Shown piece after piece: positions 38,013 to 48,959 of a stretch of DNA of 64,000 nucleotides. The stretch is from Clostridia bacterium (GTDB lineage Bacteria; Bacillota; Clostridia; TANB77; CAG-508): the NCBI GenBank assembly GCA_017404545.1, contig JAFRCC010000022.1, forward strand, positions 86,448 through 150,447, given 5' to 3'. A program made the position numbers and the translations under genes. Every line of letters begins with the position of its first letter. Position 1 is the stretch's first letter. Below the pieces are notes generated by a model, which was given only the letters and a program-made list of their open reading frames with translations, ran no database searches and was not told where the DNA came from.

Positions 38013-39884
38013 TTAATTTTTCCCGCACATAATCCTATATTGTGGGTATTTATAAAATCCTTCACTATACTTAGATTCTTGTAATTTTTTTATAATTGTA
38101 CTTTCCTCCACGTCTTTTTGAACTTGCGCATATACATCCGCTTCTTTTGGAACATTTGTCTTGATTCCTCTTGCTTTATCCATCTTACATTTTTCTTTAG
38201 CTTCTACCATCCTGCTATTTACAATAGCTCTAATCATGGTTTGTCTTGATGATTCAGAAAGTGCATATGTACTTCGAACTGCACCATCAAGAGTTGCAAT
38301 ATCTTCTAGTGTTATACTTAAATCTAATGGTTTTTTTTCATTATTTTTATATACAAAGTGCATATTTTTCATATCTCTTTTGTATATATTTTGACAAGAT
38401 TCTTCTTCCACCCTACTATTATTAGCAAGTTTTGCTCTTTTAAATATTCTGCTCATTTCAATATTTGTGCTCTTATCATATATTCTCGAATCTGTATGAA
38501 CATATATTTTTGGCATTTGCTTAGTAGATTTTGCAGAAACCTTTTCTGCATCTGGACTTTCTTCATTTTCTCTTATAATACATAGTCCATCGTCATTCAT
38601 CTTTATTTCTATCGCTTGTTTTAATTTAGTATTACCTTTCCTATCATATTCAAACTTAATTCCTTCTGGCATTTCTAAAAATGCTAAACCTTGTCTAATT
38701 GTATCAAAGTTTTTAACTTTCATTTCATCAGATTCATGGTTAGATTCCTTAAAGCATTGGATATATTCAAATATTGCATCATATACAACTGGATTTGCTA
38801 AGTATATTTGTGGAACTCCTAGCTCTTCTACAATAAATTTCTTTATTAACTCGTTTTCGGTAAGTACTGGCTCTGTAGTTTCTTTAACAGTAATTTGTTT
38901 ACCCGCGTTAAGAAGCTTTTGTCTCTTTTGATTTTTCTTAATAACTTTAGCATCTTCTTTATTCTGCGATTTCATTTCTTTAATAATTGTTCTATATTCA
39001 TTAGCTAACTCTTTTATTTCAGCAAGTGCCTTTTTTATTACAGCATCATTTTTTTTCTTAATTTTTTGGGAAATTTTCTTACTAGACATATCAGTCTCTA
39101 TATTTTTCATACACACATTAATTGCATCAACAATTTTAGTCTTTGTAATTAGATATTGTAGTTTATATCCAAGAATTTTTTGAGGGAAAAATTCTTTATT
39201 TTGAGCCGCAATTGTACCTTTGTCCATTTTATCTAAGAAACTACCATACTCCTTATAAACCTGATTAACCGCCTCTTGTTTTCTAATATTAGAGCCAATT
39301 CTATTGCTCTCCATTGAACCAAAATATTTACTAATGAGCTCTGGTTTTATTACGATATTCGCATTATGTACTCTTTCAAACTCTTTCACCCACTCCTCAA
39401 GCTCCTTTAAATATACATTATTCAAGCCATTTATATGATTTTCTATTATTGTAATATACTCATCACACGTACACCTTTGATTCATCATATGACTAAAATG
39501 CTCTTGATTTAAATAATTTATTCTTTCATAGGATTCTATCTCAAAGTTAGCTCTCTCAATATCTCCATTTACAGGAATCTTTTGAGAATAACAACCATAT
39601 ATCCTTGATTGTAATTTCTTACTAAGCTCTATTCTTTTGTTATATACATTAAGGACTTTTTCGATAATTGTTTTTGCTCTTTCATTACCTACTATTACTT
39701 TTAATTGATTAAGTGTAAAAATACATTCCTTTGCATCTGTTTTCTTACCACTTAAATAATCATTTACCTGAAATAACCTCTTAGGAATTCCATCCTTCCC
39801 CGTTCCTGTTACATACGATCCACTAAGCTCTCCTACTATATCTTCGAGCAGGTCAATCAATTCAACTTCTTGTCTTTTGTCCAT
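38013..39884 (-). CDS. Hypothetical 623-aa protein with no recognisable domain.
   Basis: Long ORF. Divergent from the HTH gene. Confidence 0.5.
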   Translation of the reverse strand: MDKRQEVELIDLLEDIVGELSGSYVTGTGKDGIPKRLFQVNDYLSGKKTDAKECIFTLNQLKVIVGNERAKTIIEKVLNVYNKRIELSKKLQSRIYGCYSQKIPVNGDIERANFEIESYERINYLNQEHFSHMMNQRCTCDEYITIIENHINGLNNVYLKELEEWVKEFERVHNANIVIKPELISKYFGSMESNRIGSNIRKQEAVNQVYKEYGSFLDKMDKGTIAAQNKEFFPQKILGYKLQYLITKTKIVDAINVCMKNIETDMSSKKISQKIKKKNDAVIKKALAEIKELANEYRTIIKEMKSQNKEDAKVIKKNQKRQKLLNAGKQITVKETTEPVLTENELIKKFIVEELGVPQIYLANPVVYDAIFEYIQCFKESNHESDEMKVKNFDTIRQGLAFLEMPEGIKFEYDRKGNTKLKQAIEIKMNDDGLCIIRENEESPDAEKVSAKSTKQMPKIYVHTDSRIYDKSTNIEMSRIFKRAKLANNSRVEEESCQNIYKRDMKNMHFVYKNNEKKPLDLSITLEDIATLDGAVRSTYALSESSRQTMIRAIVNSRMVEAKEKCKMDKARGIKTNVPKEADVYAQVQKDVEESTIIKKLQESKYSEGFYKYPQYRIMCGKN

Positions 39885-40146
39885 TTAATATCCCCCAAAT
39901 TAAATCTCTTTTGTTTCCAAGTTTTATTTTCCGAGCCAATTTTATCATTTATATTAATTTCGAGTCAAGGGGGCAATTCTGTTTTCTAACAAAATGGTTA
40001 TAGTTTAACAATTTTTTAATCCGACTAGAGAAATGGATATTATTATCATAAGTATTGTTCATGGTTTAGCTTGCCCCCCATCCTCGCACATTCCTTCAAC
40101 TTGACTTAGACAAAAAAAGTTATATAATTTTCATGAGGTGTAGCAT

Positions 40147-41532
40147 ATGAATTTTAGTGAAGAATTATCAAAATATATGGAATTATTAAAATGTACAGCA
40201 AAAGATATTTGCAATAAAACTAATCTATCGCCTGCTTTAGTAAGTAGATATCTTAACAATAAAAGAACCCCAAAAGCTAACAGCAAATATGTTGAGCAAT
40301 TGGCATCTGCTCTTTCTCAAATTGCTACTGAAAAAAATATTGAGTTAACAATGCAAGAAATACAAAACAATTTAAATTCTGGTTTGAACTACACAAGTGC
40401 AGATTATAATACACTTGCTGATAATTTAAATATATTATTAGACAAACTTAAAATTTCAACTATAGATTTATCTAAATCAATTGGATATGACCCATCTTTT
40501 ATTTCTAGAATAAAAAACAAAGAAAGGCGCCCTGCAGATGTAGATAACTTTATTAAAGCTCTTAGTGATTATATTGAAAATTTATATAGTGATGATAATT
40601 CTAAAGATATCATTCTTTCACTATTTAGTTGTAAGAGCTCTCAGATAGAAACTCATGAAGCCTTTGAAAAGAATTTCTTTGATTGGATTCGAACACCTTC
40701 TACAGAGAATAATGAGCAAAGTATAGCAAGCTTTCTAAATAAGCTTGATGATTTTAAATTAGAAGATTATATTTCTAAGGACTTTAGTAAAATAAAAGTA
40801 CCAACTAGTCCTGTTATTTTAAAGAATAGTAGAGCATTCTTTGGGGCTGAAGGTAGAAAAAAAGCCGAAAGTGAATTTATGAAAACCACACTTATTTCAA
40901 AGTCAAAAGAGTCTATATTCTACTACAATAATTTACCAATTGCAACAGCTGCTGAAGATGAAAACTTTAAAAATAAATTTGTTTTAGCTATTACTATGTT
41001 ATTAAAAAAAGGTCTTCACCTAAATATAGTTCATAATGTAGATAGACCTTTAAATGAAATGCTCCTTGGGCTTGAAAATTGGATTCCTGTATATATGACT
41101 GGGTCAATTTCACCATATTACTTTGATAATCCACCATCAAACATGTTCCTTGGATCACATTGCGTATCTGGCTCTGTTGCATTATATGGTGAATGTGTTA
41201 AGCAAAAGGAAAGTACAAGTATGTTCTATGTAACTACAAAAAAGGAAGAGCTTAGTTATGCTAAGGAGAAAGCCAAATTTTTACTTTCTAAAGCTAAACC
41301 TTTGATGAAAATATACAAAGAAAAGGATGAAGAAGACTTTAAGAAGTTTATGGCCCTTACAGATAATAAAAAATCAATAGAGCTAAAAAAAGATATATAC
41401 AAAAATATTGATTTTTCTATTAATGATAATAATTGGATTATGATTAATAAAAATAATAATCCTAAAATGCATTTTGTTATATATAATAAAAAACTAATGC
41501 AAGCAGTAAAGAGCTTTCTAGAGCAAAATTAA
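40147..41532 (+). CDS. Transcriptional regulator with two tandem XRE-type HTH domains plus a ~300-aa C-terminal domain of unknown function.
   Basis: HTH1 LKCTAKDICNKTNLSPALVSRYLNNKRTP. HTH2 LKISTIDLSKSIGYDPSFISRIKNKERRP. RBS tgaggtg. Confidence 0.55.
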   Translation: MNFSEELSKYMELLKCTAKDICNKTNLSPALVSRYLNNKRTPKANSKYVEQLASALSQIATEKNIELTMQEIQNNLNSGLNYTSADYNTLADNLNILLDKLKISTIDLSKSIGYDPSFISRIKNKERRPADVDNFIKALSDYIENLYSDDNSKDIILSLFSCKSSQIETHEAFEKNFFDWIRTPSTENNEQSIASFLNKLDDFKLEDYISKDFSKIKVPTSPVILKNSRAFFGAEGRKKAESEFMKTTLISKSKESIFYYNNLPIATAAEDENFKNKFVLAITMLLKKGLHLNIVHNVDRPLNEMLLGLENWIPVYMTGSISPYYFDNPPSNMFLGSHCVSGSVALYGECVKQKESTSMFYVTTKKEELSYAKEKAKFLLSKAKPLMKIYKEKDEEDFKKFMALTDNKKSIELKKDIYKNIDFSINDNNWIMINKNNNPKMHFVIYNKKLMQAVKSFLEQN

Positions 41533-41615
41533 TATTCTACTTTAATACGAATTATTAATAATAACACAATGAATAGCTAAAAGAAGAACAATATCTAAAT
41601 TGTTCTTCTTTATTT

Positions 41616-43343
41616 TTATCTTTGTTTTTTATTTTTCTTAACTTCTGCCCAAGCAAGTATTGCTATTGCAACTGCTCCTACTGCTCCATATAGGATAAAC
41701 ATATCTCCAGTCTTTGCACCTTTAGATTTCTTTCCGTCACCTTTTGTAGCTATAGCGTAGTTAGAGAATGATTTCGTTTTGAATGTAATTGTATTTGTAG
41801 ATGCATCATAAGATTCGATTTGAATTATTTCGTATTCGTCTCCATCATGAACATTGTGAACAATAACAATATCATCTATGTTAACACCATCAGCAAGTTT
41901 TAATGTTATTGTTGCTTCTTTATCTAATTCATCAATCTTATTTTCCCATACATCACTATCATCATCTTTACCTTTGTAGAATACTTGATATAAATCAATA
42001 TCTAAATAATTTGATATTGTATAATCACCTGCTGCATCTTCAAATCCTTTAATTTTGTCAGATGATAATTCTACATTGTTAACAGTTAATTGTGCTGTGC
42101 CGCCATCAAGCTCTCCACCTAAAGTAATACTTCCTTCTGTAACCGCATCGGCATTTGCCTTAACTATATCATCTACTTTTTTGAATTCTGCTGCGAAGTG
42201 GATATTTGTTTCTGGCATTATATATGTGTATTGGTTTGTTTCTTCTTGTGGTTCAAGCTCAAATCCGTTTGCACTAACGTTTGTTAATTGGTATCCATAT
42301 TCTGGAACAAATTCAAATACTACTTGATAACCTGGCTCAATTAAAGCCCATCCCATACCTTCTGATTCATCAACACCATATATATCACTACGTTCACCAA
42401 TGTACGCCTCTGGTGGAACTAAATTTCCTTCTCTATCATAAACAGCAATTATTCTTGCTGCTCCATGCTCTAGAAGCATATCTTCATCAAAGTCTTCAGC
42501 ATTCTTATCTGCACCTACATTAGCCCAAATTATAGTATGAGCTGTAATTTGGCTTGCTACACCAGTACCTGTTATTGTATATTTTGCTGCTCCCGGTACT
42601 GTAATTGTATATTCATCACCATTATTTGCTACCACAACACCTTCAGAATCCTTGTTATATACAACACCATTTATTGTGAATTCTGTAATTTGATTAGCCA
42701 TAAATGGAACACAGAATCGCAATTTATTTGTTTTAGTTGGATCTGTCGTACCAGCGTCTTCAATTGTTCCTTCAAAAGATGCAGTACCATTATCGTTATC
42801 ATAAACGGCTTTATTATTGATGAAAATCATCTCAGTTGCATTGGTAAATTTTGCATCAATAACAATATCATCTTCTCCACCAACTGAATCACCTTCATTT
42901 TCTCCCTGCCCATCTCCCGGGTTTGGATTTTGCTCGGCATCTCTAATTGTTAATGTAATATCCCCATTAATTTCAGTATCATTTCCAACTAGTGTGTCTC
43001 CATTATATAGAGAAAATGCTCCACTATTATAATTTGGTTTTACTGTTGTTCCTACTGGTACTTTTATTAAAATATTTCCATTATCTTCATCATACGAAAC
43101 TGTACCGACAAAATCATTTCCATTCTTAACACCAGAATAGTTATTTGTACCGACTATAAACTCGCCATCTCTAAATTTTTCAGCTTGATTATCCCAATTT
43201 CCAGCAACTGTATAATTTCCACTTGGAGTTATTGTTATTGTATATGTTTCTCCTGTTGCTGAAACCCTTGATACTACTAGTGATAGTAGCATAGCAACTA
43301 TTAGGGTTAATGCTATTATTCCTTTACTTTTTGTTTTTCTCAT
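41616..43343 (-). CDS. Surface protein with signal peptide, Ig-like/repetitive ectodomain and a C-terminal TM anchor with basic tail.
   Basis: N-terminal MRKTKSKGIIALTLIVAMLLSLVVS. C-terminal MFILYGAVGAVAIAILAWAEVKKNKKQR. Confidence 0.55.
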   Translation of the reverse strand: MRKTKSKGIIALTLIVAMLLSLVVSRVSATGETYTITITPSGNYTVAGNWDNQAEKFRDGEFIVGTNNYSGVKNGNDFVGTVSYDEDNGNILIKVPVGTTVKPNYNSGAFSLYNGDTLVGNDTEINGDITLTIRDAEQNPNPGDGQGENEGDSVGGEDDIVIDAKFTNATEMIFINNKAVYDNDNGTASFEGTIEDAGTTDPTKTNKLRFCVPFMANQITEFTINGVVYNKDSEGVVVANNGDEYTITVPGAAKYTITGTGVASQITAHTIIWANVGADKNAEDFDEDMLLEHGAARIIAVYDREGNLVPPEAYIGERSDIYGVDESEGMGWALIEPGYQVVFEFVPEYGYQLTNVSANGFELEPQEETNQYTYIMPETNIHFAAEFKKVDDIVKANADAVTEGSITLGGELDGGTAQLTVNNVELSSDKIKGFEDAAGDYTISNYLDIDLYQVFYKGKDDDSDVWENKIDELDKEATITLKLADGVNIDDIVIVHNVHDGDEYEIIQIESYDASTNTITFKTKSFSNYAIATKGDGKKSKGAKTGDMFILYGAVGAVAIAILAWAEVKKNKKQR

Positions 43344-43407
43344 TTGTTTTCCTCCTAACTACTTATATTATGATTTTATACTATCATAATGATTTTTAGA
43401 AGAAAAT

Positions 43408-43452
43408 AAAATTACCAAAATTGGCAATGACAATTTTGGTAATTTTTTTATC
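43408..43452. terminator. Bidirectional terminator (13-bp perfect stem attaccaaaattg / caattttggtaat) with T-runs on both strands.
   Basis: Read directly. Confidence 0.65.
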
Positions 43453-43473
43453 TTATTTAGTTAAAATCTCTTC

Positions 43474-44097
43474 TTATCGCTCTAATCCTTTATTATACTC
43501 ATCTTGTTCCTGATTTTCTGATTGTTGCTGCAATTGTAGTCTTTGATCCTTAGCCTTTTGTATAATTTCGTTCTGTTGCTCATTAACTATTTGTATTTCA
43601 TCCTCACTCAAAATCCAGCTTTGGCTTCTATCTCCAACGGAACTTTTGACTTCTTCGTCTCTCACATGTTCTTCTCCAGCAGGCAATGCGTTTTCATATA
43701 ATTTTTTTAATTTATTATTTTCTCTATTAATTTTAAATAAATTCCATCTAGTTCTTATCGATATATGACCTTCTGCTGTCCCCTTCCAAAACTCTGGTCC
43801 TCTATCTGAAAATAATAATATAGCTCTTCTTATTAAACCATTTGCTGCACCATTTGGTTTTATTTCCTCTAACATTTTTTTTGCATCTTCAATAGACTTC
43901 CCCTTACCAAGAGCCTCTATTATGGTTAGAGCCTCTACTGCGTCTTTCCCTCTATATTCTTCTTGGAATCTACTTTTTACGTATTCTTCCCACTGATCTG
44001 CTCTTTCAGGAAAAATAATCTTTTGGCCACTTTTTATTACTTCTTCCATCTGTTGTTTTTCTTCAGCTGTTAGAACATTATCTTTATTATCGCTCAT
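43474..44097 (-). CDS. Hypothetical protein.
   Basis: ORF only. Confidence 0.4.
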   Translation of the reverse strand: MSDNKDNVLTAEEKQQMEEVIKSGQKIIFPERADQWEEYVKSRFQEEYRGKDAVEALTIIEALGKGKSIEDAKKMLEEIKPNGAANGLIRRAILLFSDRGPEFWKGTAEGHISIRTRWNLFKINRENNKLKKLYENALPAGEEHVRDEEVKSSVGDRSQSWILSEDEIQIVNEQQNEIIQKAKDQRLQLQQQSENQEQDEYNKGLER

Positions 44098-44142
44098 AAA
44101 AACCTCCGTTCATCTATCGTTCTGCTATAATTATATCACATA

Positions 44143-44943
44143 TTATTTTTGATGCACATCAATTTGTTTATATGGTACATCAATTTTATTTTTTTCTAAT
44201 CCCTGCAAAATACATCTTAATGAATTTCTTCTAGCTTGAAGTTTTTCTATTGGCATACACTCAATTTTTAATTGATAATTAACACTAGAATCTGCTAATT
44301 CGTTTACGCCTCTATATTCACAAGAATAGATAAGTTCATCATTATTTATCAAATTAATAATATCTGAAATTGCTTTTTCGGCTTTTTCTAATGAAACTTC
44401 ATATGGCATTGGAACATCTAAAAATATGAAATTTGATACAACTTCTACTTGCTCTATATTTCTATTTGAAATAGATACAATATTTGATGTTTTTAATTCT
44501 TCGACTTTGGTAGTTTTTATTCCAATTGAAATAACTTTTCCTTCAAGCCCATTATACTTTATCACATCTCCAACATTGTAATATGAATCAGATATTATAT
44601 CAAACCCCTTTATAATATCTTTCAAAGCATCTTGAATTGCAAAACCTATAACTACACTAATAATTCCAACACCAGCAAGCATAGAGCTTACATTAACACC
44701 ATTAACTTGTAGTAAAATTAATATTGTTATTATTATAAATACATATCTTATAATACTTTTTATTAATCTATAATAAGTCTTTCCTTTTTTGCTTTTAAAC
44801 ATTTTTAAATTGCTATTCTTTTCTTTATTATTAAAAAAATGTGCTATAAATTCATATAATACTAAGCTTATTACTATTACAACTATGGAATTTATGAGCT
44901 GCATCTGCATTATTTTTTCCATAAAGTTTTTTAACTGCTCCAT
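44143..44943 (-). CDS. Mechanosensitive ion channel (MscS family).
   Basis: GVGIISVVIGFAIQDALKDIIKGFDIISD...GKVISIGIKTTKV. Confidence 0.7.
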   Translation of the reverse strand: MEQLKNFMEKIMQMQLINSIVVIVISLVLYEFIAHFFNNKEKNSNLKMFKSKKGKTYYRLIKSIIRYVFIIITILILLQVNGVNVSSMLAGVGIISVVIGFAIQDALKDIIKGFDIISDSYYNVGDVIKYNGLEGKVISIGIKTTKVEELKTSNIVSISNRNIEQVEVVSNFIFLDVPMPYEVSLEKAEKAISDIINLINNDELIYSCEYRGVNELADSSVNYQLKIECMPIEKLQARRNSLRCILQGLEKNKIDVPYKQIDVHQK

Positions 44944-44952
44944 TTTAACCTC

Positions 44953-45609
44953 CTATTTTTCGTTCAACATCTTCTTAACGACTCCTGTATACAACATTAA
45001 ATATGATAGTGCTATGCAAAATCCTCCGAATACGTCACTCGCATAATGAACTCCCAAATAAATTCTGCTTAAACCGATTAAGATAATTAATGCACCTAAT
45101 ACAATTGTTGATATTATTCTTACACTTTTACTTTTAACATTACTATTAATAATGAATATCAAATACCCATAAAAAGCCATGCTTACCATTGAATGCCCTG
45201 AAGGAAAACTGTATCCACTTTCATCAATTAACCTGTGACCTACAGGTCTCGGTCTTTGAATTATATTCTTTATTGTAAAGTTCAATAACGTTGCAACTAC
45301 TAGATTTGTAACAATAGAATATTTTATTTTTTTATTTTTTAACGCTGAGTATAACGTATATGCTATTAAAATTAGAACTACTGGACTTGCCATTTTTGTT
45401 ATAATTTTAGCAATCCATGTTATACTATCCGTCATTCGCATTGTAACAAGCTCATACCCAGTTACATCAAACTTATATATTTCTTGATTCATTACATTAT
45501 CAAGTATTGTTATAAACATAATTGCAAATATTAGCATAAAAATCCATCTTAAATTTTTAACTACTATATTTTTCAAACCTCTAATATTCTCTTTTAAATT
45601 AATTTCCAT
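44953..45609 (-). CDS. PAP2-family phosphatase (undecaprenyl-diphosphatase-like).
   Basis: KX6RP, PSGH and SRX5HX3D motifs (RPRPVGH, SFPSGHS, SRIYLGVHYASD). Confidence 0.7.
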   Translation of the reverse strand: MEINLKENIRGLKNIVVKNLRWIFMLIFAIMFITILDNVMNQEIYKFDVTGYELVTMRMTDSITWIAKIITKMASPVVLILIAYTLYSALKNKKIKYSIVTNLVVATLLNFTIKNIIQRPRPVGHRLIDESGYSFPSGHSMVSMAFYGYLIFIINSNVKSKSVRIISTIVLGALIILIGLSRIYLGVHYASDVFGGFCIALSYLMLYTGVVKKMLNEK

Positions 45610-45656
45610 ATTTTCCTCTTTTATGAATTTATATTATATTACATTATAATTGTTCG

Positions 45657-45687
45657 TGCGCGAAAATTTCGCAGAAATTTTCTGTGC
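45657..45687 (-). promoter_or_regulatory. Two adjacent 13-bp near-palindromes GCGAAAATTTCGC and CAGAAATTTTCTG just upstream of a TATAAT box in the PAP2 gene leader.
   Basis: Read directly. GC-containing palindromes stand out in the AT-rich background. Confidence 0.3.
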
Positions 45688-45766
45688 CATGTTGGCCAAA
45701 CCTTTATATTATAGGAATTCCGAAGCATTTCCTGTAATATAAAAAAAGGCTCATTTGGGCCCTTTT

Positions 45767-46126
45767 TTATTGTCTTTTGTAGGTTAGATCATTTCCAAAT
45801 CCGTCCTTAATTATAAGCGAATCACCTTCAATTCTATATTCAAATTCGCTTTCGACGGTATTTCCTTGGAAAGTAATTGAAACTTTATCTCCTCTATCTT
45901 TATATGAAAAACTCAATTCTGAACCATAATATGAATAGCTTCCTGTACCATCATCATTGAAGGTATAAATATAAACTAAATCTGTATCTGCTTCTAATTT
46001 CCATGAGCCAACTAATGTATATTTTTCTTCTTTTTGTTTTTCATTTCCACATCCTGAAAATGTTAATACTACCATAAGTATAGCAACTAAGCTTATTACC
46101 GATGTAATTTTTTTCATTAATTTCAT
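45767..46126 (-). CDS. Lipoprotein (start MKLMKKITSV, RBS gggagg; lipobox LTFSGC).
   Basis: Signal peptide plus Cys lipobox. Track ORF trimmed. Confidence 0.55.
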   Translation of the reverse strand: MKLMKKITSVISLVAILMVVLTFSGCGNEKQKEEKYTLVGSWKLEADTDLVYIYTFNDDGTGSYSYYGSELSFSYKDRGDKVSITFQGNTVESEFEYRIEGDSLIIKDGFGNDLTYKRQ

Positions 46127-46215
46127 ATCTATTCCTCCCTTATTTAGTACATCAAGTATATACAAAAATGCCTATAAATGCAACATTTTTTTTACTATTA
46201 AGTGTAACGAAACTA

Positions 46216-48834
46216 TTACAACCATTTTTTATTCTTCTTTATATAAAATTTTTTGTATATCTGTATGAATAAAACATATACAAACAATAGGGCTACAATC
46301 CAAAGCATGTACTGAATTGGCAATCTTTGTAAGTCGAAAATTGTTGCTATATCTGTAAATGTAATTATTAATGTAATAAAAACAATTGAAAATGTTGAAA
46401 TAAGCAACTGTTTTGATGCTCTGCTCTTCACAAATGGAATTTTGTGTGTTCGAATCATATGAATAATTAATGTTTGAGATATTATACCAAAGGCAAACCA
46501 ACCAGTTTGAAATGACACTGCTCTCTCAACCGAATTAAATTTTAACACATACCATAACACTACAAAGCACATTATATCTAATAAGGTACTTATAAATCCA
46601 AAAGCAAACATAAAGCTCTTAATTCCTTTTGTGTTCCATTTTTTAGGCTTACCAATATATTCTATGTCAACGTTATCAAATGGCATACCAATTTGTGCAA
46701 AATCGCACAATAAATTTTGTATTAATATATGAATTGGCAACAATGGTAAAAAAGGTAAAAAGATACTTGCAATAATTATTGAAATCATATTTCCAAAATT
46801 TCCACTCGTAGCCATCTTTATATACTTTAAAACATTTGTAAATGTTTTTCTTCCGTTTACAACACCTTCTTCTAAAACGTTTAAGTCCTTCTCTAATAGA
46901 ATTATATCTGCCGTTTCTTTTGCTATGTCAACTGCCGTATCTACAGAAATACCAACATCTGCCTGCTTTAATGGTGGACTATCATTTATTCCGTCACCCA
47001 TGTACCCAACAGTATTTCCAAGCTCTTGGTATATTCTTACTACCCTTTGTTTTTGCAGTGGGGATAACTTAGAATACAAGTGGCATGATGGAACTTTTTT
47101 CTTTAATTCGTCGTCCGACATATTTTCAATATCTTTTCCTGTCATTCTGTTTACTACATTTATTCCAACTTTTTTACATACGTTTAATGCAACACCTTCA
47201 CTATCTCCTGTTAATACAACAGTATCTACACCATGTTTTTTTAGTGCTTCTATGGCTTGTTTTGCACTACTTTTTGGTGGATCTAAAAAACCAACAAATC
47301 CAATCAAAACCATCTCAGATTCATCTGCTACACCAAATGTTTCAACCCCATGAATGTTGTTTTTTTGAGCAACTGCTAAAACTCTTAGCCCATCGTTATT
47401 GTATTTTTGATATACCTCATATGCTTTTCTTCTGTGTTCATCTGTCATTTTTACAGCTGTACCATTTATATCAATATATGAACAAATAGAAATAATCTCG
47501 TCAACCGCACCTTTGGTTATTAACTGCCTTTTTCCTGTCTCATCTTTTAGCACTACACTCATTCTTCTTCTTGCAAAGTCAAAAGGTATTTCGTCCTCTC
47601 TTACATATTTTTCTTTAAGTATATTAAGATTTTCTTTTTCAGCTCTTGCAATGATTGCAACATCAATTAAATTTTTTAATCCGGTCTGAAAATAACTATT
47701 CAAAAATGCATGTTTTAAAATTCTTAAATTTTCATTTCCTTCAACATCCATATATTTTTCTAAAACAATTTCGTCTTCTGTAAGGGTTCCTGTTTTATCT
47801 GTACAAAGGATATTCATTTCCCCAAAGGTTTGAATTGCGCTTATTCTCTTTACTATAGTCTTCTTTTTAGACATATCTACTGCACCTTTTGCCATTGTAG
47901 AGGTCATAATAACTGGAAGCATTTCTGGTGTTAGTCCAACTGCTATTGTAATAGCAAAAACAAGTGAATCCCACCAGTTACTTTTTGTAAACAGATTTAC
48001 AATTAAAATAATTGGCAACATAACTAGCATGAACTTTATTAATAATTTACTAACATCATCTATTCCTTTTTCAAAACTATTTTTTTCATTTACACTATAT
48101 AGAGATTTAGCCATACTTCCAAAGTATGTGTTATTACCGGTTGTTAAAACAACTGCTGTTGCTCTACCGCTTACAATATTGGTACCCATAAAACCTATAT
48201 TTGGTATATCGGTTACGCTCTCACATTCTTCATATTTTGAAAATTTTTCGACAGGATTTGACTCTCCAGTAAGCGACGCTTGATCTATAAATAAATCTTT
48301 TACATCTATAAACCTAACATCTCCTGGAATCATGTCTCCTGATGAAAGTTTAACAATATCTCCTGGAACTACTTCTTCAACATCTATAATTGATGGAACC
48401 TCGTCTCGTATTACATCAATCTTATTTGAAATCATTTTCTTTAATTTTTTTGCTGCTTTATCCGATTTATTTTCTTGTTTTAGTGAAATTATTGCTGAAA
48501 TTATAATTGTACTTACTATCAATACAAAAGTAGCATAGTCTTTTTGAACTGGTATTATTACATCGGTTATAAATGTAATAATTGCTACTAATATAAGTAC
48601 TATGTTGAATGGATTTATTACCGCATCTTTTATTTTTTTAAATAATGTATTATTATTCTCAAGCTCTATAGAATTTTTCCCATATTCATTAAGTTTCTCT
48701 TCAATTTCAACAACACTTAAGCCATTCTCAGATGTTCCAAATTCTTTGAATAGCTCATTCATATTTTCTTTACTATATTTTCTAAGATTTTTCTCAGCCA
48801 AATTGTTATTTTCTATATTTTTTTTATTATTCAT
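46216..48834 (-). CDS. mgtA: Magnesium-translocating P-type ATPase MgtA.
   Basis: CTDKTGTLT, DGINDSPPLKQADVGISV motifs. 872 aa with ten TM helices. Confidence 0.8.
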   Translation of the reverse strand: MNNKKNIENNNLAEKNLRKYSKENMNELFKEFGTSENGLSVVEIEEKLNEYGKNSIELENNNTLFKKIKDAVINPFNIVLILVAIITFITDVIIPVQKDYATFVLIVSTIIISAIISLKQENKSDKAAKKLKKMISNKIDVIRDEVPSIIDVEEVVPGDIVKLSSGDMIPGDVRFIDVKDLFIDQASLTGESNPVEKFSKYEECESVTDIPNIGFMGTNIVSGRATAVVLTTGNNTYFGSMAKSLYSVNEKNSFEKGIDDVSKLLIKFMLVMLPIILIVNLFTKSNWWDSLVFAITIAVGLTPEMLPVIMTSTMAKGAVDMSKKKTIVKRISAIQTFGEMNILCTDKTGTLTEDEIVLEKYMDVEGNENLRILKHAFLNSYFQTGLKNLIDVAIIARAEKENLNILKEKYVREDEIPFDFARRRMSVVLKDETGKRQLITKGAVDEIISICSYIDINGTAVKMTDEHRRKAYEVYQKYNNDGLRVLAVAQKNNIHGVETFGVADESEMVLIGFVGFLDPPKSSAKQAIEALKKHGVDTVVLTGDSEGVALNVCKKVGINVVNRMTGKDIENMSDDELKKKVPSCHLYSKLSPLQKQRVVRIYQELGNTVGYMGDGINDSPPLKQADVGISVDTAVDIAKETADIILLEKDLNVLEEGVVNGRKTFTNVLKYIKMATSGNFGNMISIIIASIFLPFLPLLPIHILIQNLLCDFAQIGMPFDNVDIEYIGKPKKWNTKGIKSFMFAFGFISTLLDIMCFVVLWYVLKFNSVERAVSFQTGWFAFGIISQTLIIHMIRTHKIPFVKSRASKQLLISTFSIVFITLIITFTDIATIFDLQRLPIQYMLWIVALLFVYVLFIQIYKKFYIKKNKKWL

Positions 48835-48959
48835 ATTTAATCTCCAATCATATTTTTTGGATATGACAAAATTATATACTAAAAATACATAAAAACAAAG
48901 GGCACTGGAAAATTTTTTCCCTACGTACTTAGTTTTAAGAAGACTTTGCTCTATATGTA

